DNA of 64,000 nt from Candidatus Hydrogenedentota bacterium. GTDB lineage: Bacteria > Hydrogenedentota > Hydrogenedentia > Hydrogenedentales > SLHB01. This document shows, one piece after another, positions 55,995 to 64,000 of this stretch. The notes beneath the pieces are model-generated. The model made no database searches, was not told the DNA's origin, and saw nothing but the letters and a program-made list of their open reading frames with translations. A program made the translations under genes and the position numbers. The DNA lies in NCBI GenBank assembly GCA_963668025.2, contig CAXXTH010000019.1, positions 64,001-128,000 of the forward strand, read 5' to 3'. Numbering within the stretch: position 1 is the first letter of the stretch; each line of letters begins with the position of its first letter.

Positions 55995-56774
55995 ATGCAT
56001 ATGCTCCGGTTCAGCCTGCTCGGGAGCGGCAGCAGCGGTAATGCCATTCTCGTCACCTCGCCTGCCGGAAAAATCCTCATTGATTGCGGACTGAGCCTGC
56101 GCAAAATCCAGCTTCGCGCCTCGGAACTCGGCGAATCCCTGGATGGCCTCCAAGCCGTTTTTCTCACCCACGAGCATAGTGATCATTTGTTAGGGCTTGG
56201 CCCGCTGGCGCGGAAATTGGGCACGCCGGTTTTCATGACGAACGGCGCGTTCAACGGCCTGCCCCCCACGGTAGGCAAGCTGCCGGAAGTGCATTGCTTC
56301 GACGCGGGCGAAGCCATCGAGATATCGGATATGCGGGTGCAAAGCTTCAGCGTTTCCCACGACGCAGCGGACCCTGTCAGTTATACCGTGGAATGCGGCG
56401 GGGCTAAAATGGGTCTTGCAGCGGACTTGGGCCACCCCACGGCCTTGGTGCGCACGCGCCTGGCGGGCTCGCACGCCCTCGTGCTCGAATCCAACCATTG
56501 CCCCGACATGCTCCGGCGGGGCAAGTATCCGCCCGCCCTTCAGCAGCGCATTCGCAGCCGCGTCGGGCATTTATCCAACGGCGACATGAGCACCCTGCTC
56601 TCGGAATTACTTCATGAGCGCCTGCAAGTCGTCGTTCTGGTCCATATCAGCGAAGAGAATAACGACCATGATTTGGCCGTATCCATGGCGGCGCGTGTGC
56701 TCGAGGGGCGCAATGTGTCTCTTTGCGCGGCTTATCAAGACCGGCCCACGCCGCTCTTCGAGGTGAGGCCGTGA
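55995..56774 (+). CDS. Metallo-beta-lactamase-fold hydrolase, YycJ/WalJ-like
   Basis: GSGSSGN, THEHSDH, SHDA, ESNH, GHLSN, HISEENN. Confidence 0.88.
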   Translation: MHMLRFSLLGSGSSGNAILVTSPAGKILIDCGLSLRKIQLRASELGESLDGLQAVFLTHEHSDHLLGLGPLARKLGTPVFMTNGAFNGLPPTVGKLPEVHCFDAGEAIEISDMRVQSFSVSHDAADPVSYTVECGGAKMGLAADLGHPTALVRTRLAGSHALVLESNHCPDMLRRGKYPPALQQRIRSRVGHLSNGDMSTLLSELLHERLQVVVLVHISEENNDHDLAVSMAARVLEGRNVSLCAAYQDRPTPLFEVRP

Positions 56775-58069
56775 AGCCGCTCGAATTTTTACACACCGTC
56801 GGCGCCGTGCGGCTCCTCGAACGGGCGTCACGCGCGGCGGCGGCCCCCGTAGCCGTCCATTACATCGAACGAGGCCAGGAAGGACCGCGCATTTTGGGCG
56901 TCGGCCAATGCGCCGCATGCCGCACCGTGGCGGCCTTGCCGGGAGGCTCCGCGGCATGCCGCGCCTCCCGCCTGCAAGCGTCGGCGCGCGCATCGAGGCG
57001 GGATGTGCCCGTGCCTTTCTTATGCCCGATGGGATTCGCATGCGCCGCCATGCGCGCCCTGCCGGGCGAAGCATTTGTTTTTACTATCGGCCCGTATTGC
57101 CCATCGGAAGCGCCCGAGGCCCTCGAGGATGAGGCGCGTGCGGGAATCGAAGCCCTTGATGCGGATTGGACCGGAGATTTGGGTGAATTGCTGGCCGATA
57201 TCCGCCATGTGCCCGCATCAGCCGTGCCCGAGATAGCCCAATGGACGGCCGATAATCTGGCTGCCCTATGGCGCGCCGAACAAGAACGGGAATCCCGCGA
57301 AATCGCCCAGGCCGCTACGCCTGTTCCGCTTGAAGCGGAGAATCCTGCTCCAAACCACTTGCCGCTGCGCATGGATGGCCCGCCTGCCACGCATGCGGGA
57401 GCCGCCGCCATCGCCACGGCCCTGGCGGGAGGTGCGCGCGGGCAGGTGCGGCAATTGGTCGAAGCGGCGCTGGCCGAAGTGGACGCGGGCAAACGGGCCA
57501 CGCTCCCCATGCAACGCGCGCGTGCGGTTTCACTGGCCACATCCGTGCTCGAAGCGGCGGAACGCGCGGAAATGGATACGGCCCCCGCTTGGCGGCTCAT
57601 GCCCGCCTTCATCGAGAAAGCCCAATCAGCCAAGGGAACGCTCCCTTTGCGCGACGCCGCCCTAGAAGTGCTGGGCGAACTGGCGCGGCGCGCGGCGCGC
57701 GGCGCTTTGGCCGACAGCGCCCTCGAAGAATTGCACCGGCTCGTATTGGAGCGAATGCCCGAAAATATCACCCTTGAAGAAGTAGCTACTGCGCTTGGAC
57801 AGCATCCCACTGCCATCACCCACCGCTTGCAGCGGAAATTCGGCCTGTCTTACACCGAATACGTGGCGCAATTGCGCATCGCCCAGGCCAAGGAATTGCT
57901 CCGCCGCACCCGATTGCGGATAAACGACGTGGCGATGCGCGTGGGCATCTCCGATATCAGCAACTTTGGGCGGCTGTTCCGCAAAGTCGAAGGCGTCTCG
58001 CCCGCGCAATACCGTAAACGATTTGCAAATCCCAGCAGCAGCGCGCGCCGCGCCGCCCCTTCGGAATAG
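56771..58069 (+). CDS. AraC-family regulator with N-terminal Cys-containing PocR-like sensor domain
   Basis: CAAC...C...FLCPMG; C-terminal AraC HTH VGISDISNFGRLFRKVEGVSPAQYR; GTGA overlap. Confidence 0.82.
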   Translation: MKPLEFLHTVGAVRLLERASRAAAAPVAVHYIERGQEGPRILGVGQCAACRTVAALPGGSAACRASRLQASARASRRDVPVPFLCPMGFACAAMRALPGEAFVFTIGPYCPSEAPEALEDEARAGIEALDADWTGDLGELLADIRHVPASAVPEIAQWTADNLAALWRAEQERESREIAQAATPVPLEAENPAPNHLPLRMDGPPATHAGAAAIATALAGGARGQVRQLVEAALAEVDAGKRATLPMQRARAVSLATSVLEAAERAEMDTAPAWRLMPAFIEKAQSAKGTLPLRDAALEVLGELARRAARGALADSALEELHRLVLERMPENITLEEVATALGQHPTAITHRLQRKFGLSYTEYVAQLRIAQAKELLRRTRLRINDVAMRVGISDISNFGRLFRKVEGVSPAQYRKRFANPSSSARRAAPSE

Positions 58070-58093
58070 CCCTGCGGCATTGGAGGCATTGGC

Positions 58094-58240
58094 ATGATGG
58101 AATGGATTCAACAATGGTGGCGGCGGTTTCGCTGTCCCACCGAATTTTTGTGTGATAACTGCAAATACGACTACCCCTCGGCCTGCTCCCACCCCGAGCG
58201 CCCCAACGCCGTCAAATGCCCGGACTACCGCCCCCGGTGA
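58094..58240 (+). CDS. Small Cys-rich protein (48 aa), putative metal-binding
   Basis: GGAGG RBS; MMEWIQQWWRRFRCPTEFLCDNCKYDYPSACSHPERPNAVKCPDYRPR; below the ORF-track cutoff. Confidence 0.65.
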   Translation: MMEWIQQWWRRFRCPTEFLCDNCKYDYPSACSHPERPNAVKCPDYRPR

Positions 58241-58460
58241 GAAATGAAGTTTTTTTCTTGCTTATTTTTAGAATTAGCCACAAAAACGCAAGAATCGAAG
58301 CGCGGCATGGCAGCAACCAAACGGCCAGCTTTTTTGAACCGCGAATGGACGCGAATGGACGCCAATAGATTAGAGTGTCGCTTTGTTAGTACGGAATACA
58401 TTTCTTAGTGTGATGTAGGTAGATCAAGCCCTACACTACAACAACATCAAAATATGTAAC

Positions 58461-58576
58461 ACTTTAGCCAACTGAAGCAGGTTTAGCTTTATTAAGAATC
58501 GTTGCGACTTGTCCAATCTTGTAAATCATGTCAATCATGTCAAAAAAAAGCTGCCATTGCTTCAGTCGGCTAAAGT
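58461..58576. mobile_element. MITE-like element with 19-bp TIRs (composite repeat, copy C)
   Basis: ACTTTAGCCAACTGAAGCA ... TGCTTCAGTCGGCTAAAGT (18/19); homologous to 14448-14566. Confidence 0.65.
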
Positions 58577-58856
58577 ATTACCAGAATTGCAGATATTTGG
58601 ATCCACAGATGACACTGATGAGCGATTAATAACAGTGTGACCGAGTCACAAAGTATGTCACTTAATATTTTAGTGTAATTAGAGTATTTCGTGGTCCAAA
58701 ATCCGGTCTTTTGAGGCAGGGATTTCATTTTGTTGCTGCACGATACAAAAATCAAAAAATGCTAAGCAGCCTAGGTGGAGAAAGAAGGCTGAAGTTTTTC
58801 AGCGCGGCCATGATAGAATCATCGGCAAAAGGGCTTGGGCGAAAGGGCGGAGCAGC

Positions 58857-59615
58857 ATGGATTCGATACGGCTGAAGGAATTAATGGAATCGGTGGCGGC
58901 GGGGCAGGTCAGCCCCGGTACGGCGGTCGAGCGCCTGCGCTCGCTGCCTTTCGAGGACTTGGGCTTCGCGAAACTCGATCACCACCGCGCCTTGCGGCAG
59001 GGATTCCCAGAGACCATCTTCGCGCAAGGTAAAACACCGGAACAGGTGGCCGCCATTGTATCGCGCATGCGCGAGCACGGCAGCAATGTCCTTGCGACGC
59101 GGTGCAGCCCCGAGGCCGTGGCCGCCGTGCTGGCCGAACACCCCGACGCGGAGCATCATCCCAGCGCGAGGGCCATCCGTATTTTGGTGTCGCCGCCCAC
59201 GCCACAGCACGGATATGTGGCGGTGGCCTGTGCGGGCACGTCCGATATGCCCGTGGCCGACGAAGCGGCGTTTACCTGCGAAACATTTGGCGTGGAAGTG
59301 CGCCGCGTATATGATGTGGGCGTGGCGGGCATTCACCGCCTTTTCGAGCAGCGCGCCGTGCTCGAGCAGGCCCATGTGATCATCGTATGTGCGGGCATGG
59401 AAGGCGCGCTGCCCAGTGTCGTGGCGGGGCTGGTGGATGTGCCGGTTATCGCCGTGCCCACGAGCGTGGGATATGGGGCCAGTTTCGGCGGTGTGACGGC
59501 GCTGCTGGCCATGCTCAATTCATGCGCCACGGGGGTTTCGGTCGTGAATATTGACAACGGCTACGGCGCGGGCGCTTTGGCCGCCCTGATCAATCGTCTT
59601 GCCCAGCCATGCTAG
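58857..59615 (+). CDS. larB: Nickel-pincer cofactor biosynthesis protein LarB
   Basis: LDHHRALRQGFPE, AGTSDMPVADEA, DVGVAGIHRL, AGMEGALPSV, PTSVGYG, NSCATG, VNIDNGYGA. Confidence 0.93.
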   Translation: MDSIRLKELMESVAAGQVSPGTAVERLRSLPFEDLGFAKLDHHRALRQGFPETIFAQGKTPEQVAAIVSRMREHGSNVLATRCSPEAVAAVLAEHPDAEHHPSARAIRILVSPPTPQHGYVAVACAGTSDMPVADEAAFTCETFGVEVRRVYDVGVAGIHRLFEQRAVLEQAHVIIVCAGMEGALPSVVAGLVDVPVIAVPTSVGYGASFGGVTALLAMLNSCATGVSVVNIDNGYGAGALAALINRLAQPC

Positions 59616-59639
59616 GAAGGCAAACGGAGTCCAGCTTCC

Positions 59640-60035
59640 ATGAGCCAGGTATATGTTGTTCTCACTGTTCATAGCGGCGCCCGTGCGCCGGATGAAATCA
59701 GCCGATTGGTCGGGATACAACCAGACTATGCTTGGCTGAAAGGCGAACCGCGCTCGGAAGGAGGCATCGTGGCTAAAGATAACGGCTGGGTGCTCCAATC
59801 GGGATTGGATTCGGAAGAGCCTTTTGATGTCCAATTAAATATACTGCTTGGCCGGGTATCCGTCCGGGCGAAAGAATTCCACACCTTATCGGAAGAAGAC
59901 TCGATCCAGCTTTTCTGCGCTATCTATAGCGATGCGCCCGCCGCGCCTCCTTGCGTGTTGTCGCGCGAACAAGTCGAGACCATCGCGGCATTGGGCGCGG
60001 CATTTGAATTGAATTATTACGACCTCAGTGAATGA
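59640..60035 (+). CDS. DUF4279-like hypothetical protein
   Basis: PDEISRLVGIQPD...KGE, W...S, IAALGA pattern. Confidence 0.6.
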   Translation: MSQVYVVLTVHSGARAPDEISRLVGIQPDYAWLKGEPRSEGGIVAKDNGWVLQSGLDSEEPFDVQLNILLGRVSVRAKEFHTLSEEDSIQLFCAIYSDAPAAPPCVLSREQVETIAALGAAFELNYYDLSE

Positions 60036-60045
60036 AGGGAATGCT

Positions 60046-61233
60046 ATGAAATCCATCTATTTCGACTGCTTCAGCGGAGCCAGCGGGGATATGATTGTGG
60101 GTGCGCTCATAGATGCTGGCGCCGATTTCGAGGCGCTGCGCGCGGCGCTGGCGACACTGGGCGTGCAAGGATATGCGTTGCGCGCCGAAAAAATTATGAA
60201 AAAGGGCATCCGCGCCACGCAGTTTTATGTAGATGTGGACGAGAGCACCCCACAGCCGCACCGGCATTTGCGCCATGTGCTCGAGATCATTCACGCGGGC
60301 GTGTTACCGGAATCCGTTAAAGCCGCCGCCGAACATACCTTCCAGCGCATCGCCGAGGCGGAGGCCTCCGTCCATGGAACCACCATCGAGAAAGTCCATT
60401 TTCATGAAGTGGGAGCCGTGGACTCGATCATGGATGTGGTGGGCGCGCATATGGCGCTGCACTTGCTGGGAGCGGAACGCATAACGGCGTCGCCATTGCC
60501 GCTGGGTTCAGGAACTGTCCGATGCGCCCACGGCGTCATGCCCGTGCCCGTGCCCGCCACCGCACTGCTCGTGCAGGGAGCCCCTACTTACGGGGGGGAC
60601 ACTGAAGGTGAACTTGTTACTCCCACCGGTGCTGCGCTGATCACGGATATCGCCCAATCCTATGGCTCGACGCCCGCTATGCGCATCACCGCCGTGGGCT
60701 ATGGCAGCGGCGCACGGGACTATCCGGACCGCGCGAATGTATTGCGCGTGCTGATTGGCGAAACCGATGCGGCGCTTGAACAGGAAACCATCGCGGTCCT
60801 CGAGGCCAATGTGGACGATATGACTCCAGAGCTGATCGCCCCGTTTTTGGTGGACGCCCTGAAAGCGGGAGCCCGCGATGCATTTACTTCGCCGATCTAT
60901 GGCAAGAAAGGAAGGCCTGGCCATCTGCTGACCGTTCTTTGCAGCGAGGACAGGGTTTCAGATATGGTGTCGCTCATGCTCCACGCCACGACCACGTTTG
61001 GCGTGCGGATTCACATGGAGCAGCGCACATGCCTTCATCGCGAATGGAAAACCGCCCAGACGCCCTGGGGCGAAGTGCGCGTGAAAATTGGATATCTCAA
61101 CGGCGCGCCCATACGGCGCTCGCCGGAATTCGAGGATTGCCGCGCCGTAGCTGAATCCGCAGGCGTGCTGGTGTTGGCGGTATATGAAGCCGCTCTCGCG
61201 TCGGCAATTCGCGGGGAAGTGTACAATGCCTAA
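60046..61233 (+). CDS. larC: Nickel insertase LarC (single ORF)
   Basis: YFDCFSGASGDM, HFHEVGAVDSI, CAHG, ELVTPTG, EANVDD, KKGRPG, PEFEDC. Confidence 0.93.
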   Translation: MKSIYFDCFSGASGDMIVGALIDAGADFEALRAALATLGVQGYALRAEKIMKKGIRATQFYVDVDESTPQPHRHLRHVLEIIHAGVLPESVKAAAEHTFQRIAEAEASVHGTTIEKVHFHEVGAVDSIMDVVGAHMALHLLGAERITASPLPLGSGTVRCAHGVMPVPVPATALLVQGAPTYGGDTEGELVTPTGAALITDIAQSYGSTPAMRITAVGYGSGARDYPDRANVLRVLIGETDAALEQETIAVLEANVDDMTPELIAPFLVDALKAGARDAFTSPIYGKKGRPGHLLTVLCSEDRVSDMVSLMLHATTTFGVRIHMEQRTCLHREWKTAQTPWGEVRVKIGYLNGAPIRRSPEFEDCRAVAESAGVLVLAVYEAALASAIRGEVYNA

Positions 61234-61717
61234 CCGAGTCGCTATCTATCCAGGCAGTTTTGATCCACCGACCTATGGCCACCTTGACCTGATCGAGCGC
61301 GCATCACGCCTCTTCGAACATCTGATTGTCGCCGTGGCGCGCAACAACGAGAAAGCGGCTCTGTTCTCCGTGGACGAGCGCATCGAGATGATCGAAGCCA
61401 TCACCAAAGATCAACCCAAGGTGGAAATCACCTCTTTCGAAGGCCTCACCGCCGAGTATGCCAAGACCCGTAATGTCCATGCCCTCGTACGAGGCCTGCG
61501 CGCGATTTCGGACTTCGAGTATGAGATGAGCATGGCCATCACCAACCAAAAGATCAATCCGAATATCGACACGGTGTGCCTGATGCCCAGTGAAAAATAT
61601 CTCTTTCTCAGTTCGCGTGTCGTGCGCGACATTGCCCGCTATGGCGGCGATCTCAAAGACTTCGTCCCGCCTATCGTGGCTGAACGGTTGCAGAAAAAAC
61701 TGCTGCAAAAGGATTAA
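61226..61717 (+). CDS. coaD: Phosphopantetheine adenylyltransferase
   Basis: YPGSFDPPTYGH, RGLRAISDFEYE, LSSRVVR. Confidence 0.95.
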   Translation: MPNRVAIYPGSFDPPTYGHLDLIERASRLFEHLIVAVARNNEKAALFSVDERIEMIEAITKDQPKVEITSFEGLTAEYAKTRNVHALVRGLRAISDFEYEMSMAITNQKINPNIDTVCLMPSEKYLFLSSRVVRDIARYGGDLKDFVPPIVAERLQKKLLQKD

Positions 61718-61881
61718 TTGCATTTGATATTTGATGAAACTGAGGCCAAATAGCTTAGTTTTGGACCACTGCATATGCCAAAATTGATTAGATAAAGGAT
61801 GTATGTTGCCAAAAAAACGAGCTCTACTGGCTATGTCGATTGTTTGGGCGCATTCCCTGAATGGTGGGGCAAGCTCCACCC

Positions 61882-62947
61882 CTGGAGTTTCTACCTTTTT
61901 TGGGCGAGGTGGACACGCTTTTTCTCTTGCCATCGCACAGCTTATCGTCTTTGTCGTAGCTTCCCTTTCGCCGAATAGGCCGGTCATTTAAAATATATAT
62001 TGACATACCGACTCGTTTGTGCTACAATCTTGTTGGCTAGGCAGGAGGGCAGCGCCATGAATGACGAATTGCGTGACACGATCCTAGAGGCTATGGAAAA
62101 AGGGCTTGAGGCGCAGCTTCGGGCGGTGCGCCGTCTGCGTAAGGGGGAAGAATCCAGGGAGGAGCCACGACCCAGAACAAGTATGTCGCAAGTAGATATG
62201 GCATATGACATACTCTTGAGGGCCGCTCATCCCCTTCATGTCAATGAGATCCTGAGTCGCATTCATGCGGTCTTCGGCATTACGGTGGACCGGGAAAGCC
62301 TGGTGTCTTCCCTCACCAAAAAGGTGGCTCGGGAAGACCGCTTTGTCCGCGCGGACAAGAACACCTTCGGACTCAAAGGAGGCAAGCGATGAGTCTTTTA
62401 CACGAATGGCTCAACGTTACCGAGCGCTGGCGCGATGCTTTTGCCCAAGAGCGCACCACCGTGCGTGCGGTGCGGCAGGGACTTGGGTCACTGGTCTGTT
62501 TGGGGCGGCGCACAATCACGCGGACCCTTTGGGCCTGTGGTCGCGAGAATCTGCAGTGGCAGGCTGAATACCACATGTACGGCCGCGCCAAGTGGGACCC
62601 CCAGCAGCTCTTCGACCCTATTTGGGAAGGAGCCCTGCCCCAGTGTGAAGACCCGCTTGTAGGCGTCGCCGTCGATGATACCAAGCTGCACAAGACCGGC
62701 CGGTGCATTGTCCAGGCTTTTCATCAGCGCGACCCCCTGTCCCCGCCGTTCCACACCAATCTCATTCTGGGCCTGCGTTTCCTGCAGGCCTCCCTTCTCG
62801 TACCGCTTCACCAAGGCGGCGCCTTTAGTTGCCGCGCCTTGCCCGTGCGTTTCGAGGAGCCTTCCCCCGCCAAGAAGCCTGGCAAGCGCGCAAGCGAGGA
62901 GGAGTGGATGGCGTACAAGCAGCGCCGTAAAGAGAAGAACCTTTCAA
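61882..62947 (+). mobile_element. Left part of an IS701-like element (HTH gene + DDE transposase)
   Basis: Putative left end CTGGAGTTT follows a REP-like GGTGGGGCAAGCTCCACC; internal promoter TTGACA-17-TACAAT (62000-62028). Confidence 0.5.
62057..62392 (+). CDS. Winged-HTH (HARE-HTH-like) protein associated with the transposase
   Basis: AGGAGG RBS; PLHVNEIL...RESLVSSL...FVRADKNTFGL; ATGA overlap with the transposase. Confidence 0.7.
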   Translation: MNDELRDTILEAMEKGLEAQLRAVRRLRKGEESREEPRPRTSMSQVDMAYDILLRAAHPLHVNEILSRIHAVFGITVDRESLVSSLTKKVAREDRFVRADKNTFGLKGGKR

Positions 62948-62952
62948 CCTAA
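62389..62952 (+). pseudogene. N-terminal fragment of an IS701/IS4-like DDE transposase
   Basis: GRRTIT, VAVDDTKLHKTG, RDPLSPPF. The stop codon comes from the inserted IS end CCTAAAA. Confidence 0.7.
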
Positions 62953-64000
62953 AAAAGGCAGTAGGAGCTTGCTTTGGGATTTTTCCAGCCCAATTTTGTA
63001 AAGAAATAACTGTCCTGGCCCGCTCTTTACGTTGGCGCCGACAGCAGGTTGGGGGTGGCCAGCGGCCTTCCCTCGAGTATTTTGGCGAAGATCCGGCTGA
63101 GGATCGTCCGCCATCGTTCGTTCCAGTTCAACTGCCGCGCAGTTGCTTTCACCTCCAATAAAAAGGCGTTTACGGATTTCAGAACTTGTTCCATAGCATG
63201 TCCTTGCGCATGCACGGGGGTGATGGTGAGCGTGGTTTGGCCTCCGTGGCGGGTCTGCTGTCCCACACCATACAGCAGCAGAGGGCGGCTTGTGATCGCT
63301 TCGGCGTGGCGCTCCGGAATCGCCAAGCGCACGTACAAAGACCACCAATTGTAAATCAGGGCTATGATTCGCGCCATGATTTGGCAGCGCTTCATATCGT
63401 GGGTGGTATACCCGCCCCACCCCCACTGGTTTTTCTGTTCATCGTAGATGTTTTCCGCATCGCCCCGGTCGCGATAATGCTGGGCCAAGGCCGATAGGGG
63501 GTCTGTCAGCGAAGTGGCCAGCAGCGCGTATTCATACTGCTGCACGGCTCCCGCTTGGATCTCGATGAGCTGTAGTTGGGGGGAGGGGTCAGGCAATAGC
63601 GGCTCCGTTTCCAGAACGATACTCCCTTTGAGCTTGCGCCGCAGAACGATTACCCGGCGTTTGCTCGTCCATCCCATAAGCTCCAGACGGTCTTCCAAAC
63701 CTTCCCAGCCTTGGCCTGCTGGCGTCCAGTCCTTAGAACAAAAGGCCTGCTGGATAAGCCGTTTCACGTTGCTGGTCTGCCGCAATTTGAACAGATAGGG
63801 CACTCCGCGCGCTTCGGCTTCGCTCATGTCGCGTTCGTTGCCGAAGGCGCAGTCGCCGCGAATCATGCCCGGCCAGGCCGCGCGCGGCAAGCCATCGAGA
63901 AAATGCCACAATCCAGGCATGGTGTATTTCGCCGCCGTCTCGTTGCCCGGCCGGACTTCCACGTCCAGCACCAAGCGCGTGTTCGCCATAAAATAGGTAT
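62948..64000 (-). mobile_element. IS1380-family element (right end in the window; continues beyond it)
   Basis: Terminus CCTAAAAAAGGCAGT; IS1380-type transposase motifs. Confidence 0.7.
63027..64000 (-). CDS. IS1380-family transposase (5' end outside the window)
   Basis: EVRPGN, IRGDCAFG, YRDRGDAENIYDEQKNQWGWGG, LIYNWW. Confidence 0.82.
   Translation of the reverse strand, partial: TYFMANTRLVLDVEVRPGNETAAKYTMPGLWHFLDGLPRAAWPGMIRGDCAFGNERDMSEAEARGVPYLFKLRQTSNVKRLIQQAFCSKDWTPAGQGWEGLEDRLELMGWTSKRRVIVLRRKLKGSIVLETEPLLPDPSPQLQLIEIQAGAVQQYEYALLATSLTDPLSALAQHYRDRGDAENIYDEQKNQWGWGGYTTHDMKRCQIMARIIALIYNWWSLYVRLAIPERHAEAITSRPLLLYGVGQQTRHGGQTTLTITPVHAQGHAMEQVLKSVNAFLLEVKATARQLNWNERWRTILSRIFAKILEGRPLATPNLLSAPT

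Noticed and set aside
56860-57819. Long antisense ORFs (also 45311-46186, 39640-40488, 24147-24824)
   Set aside because: Shadow frames of GC-rich genes that have clear motifs on the other strand.

Overview
Gene-dense bacterial window. Its gene repertoire suggests Candidatus Hydrogenedentes or a PVC-like lineage; this is inferred from the H-X9-DG prepilin, the PASTA/Ig-containing exported proteins and the URO-D-like genes in sugar loci. (1) 1-28.5 kb is a large glycan-utilisation region: beta-propeller GH-like pair, two GH78, GH127, GH172, GH109, an ABC sugar transporter, two URO-D-like genes, a deacetylase and tRNA-Cys/tRNA-Leu. Three near-identical sigma70 promoters, each with a LacI-type palindrome in the spacer, precede a secreted PASTA protein, an ORF-less tract, and a prepilin-PASTA-GH127 unit. 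(2) 29-46.5 kb holds an ECF sigma/anti-sigma pair and a type II secretion-like operon (E,F,G,H,I,J,K,L,M,C,D) interrupted by hicBA. Its secretin carries an apparent C-terminal ExbD-like domain. (3) 48-52.7 kb is a decayed integron-type cassette array (attC sites, no integrase in the window). Its largest cassette is a translationally coupled ParA-ATPase + SIR2-NADase pair with a long structured leader, the best candidate here for an undescribed anti-phage system. (4) 53-61.7 kb holds housekeeping genes: ychF, rpoN with a sigma54 autoregulatory site, a yycJ-like gene, an AraC regulator, larB, larC and coaD. (5) The right edge is an IS701-like element interrupted by an IS1380-like element. Intergenic regions contain many REP/MITE-like repeats. 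All calls come from reading motifs by eye; no database searches were run.
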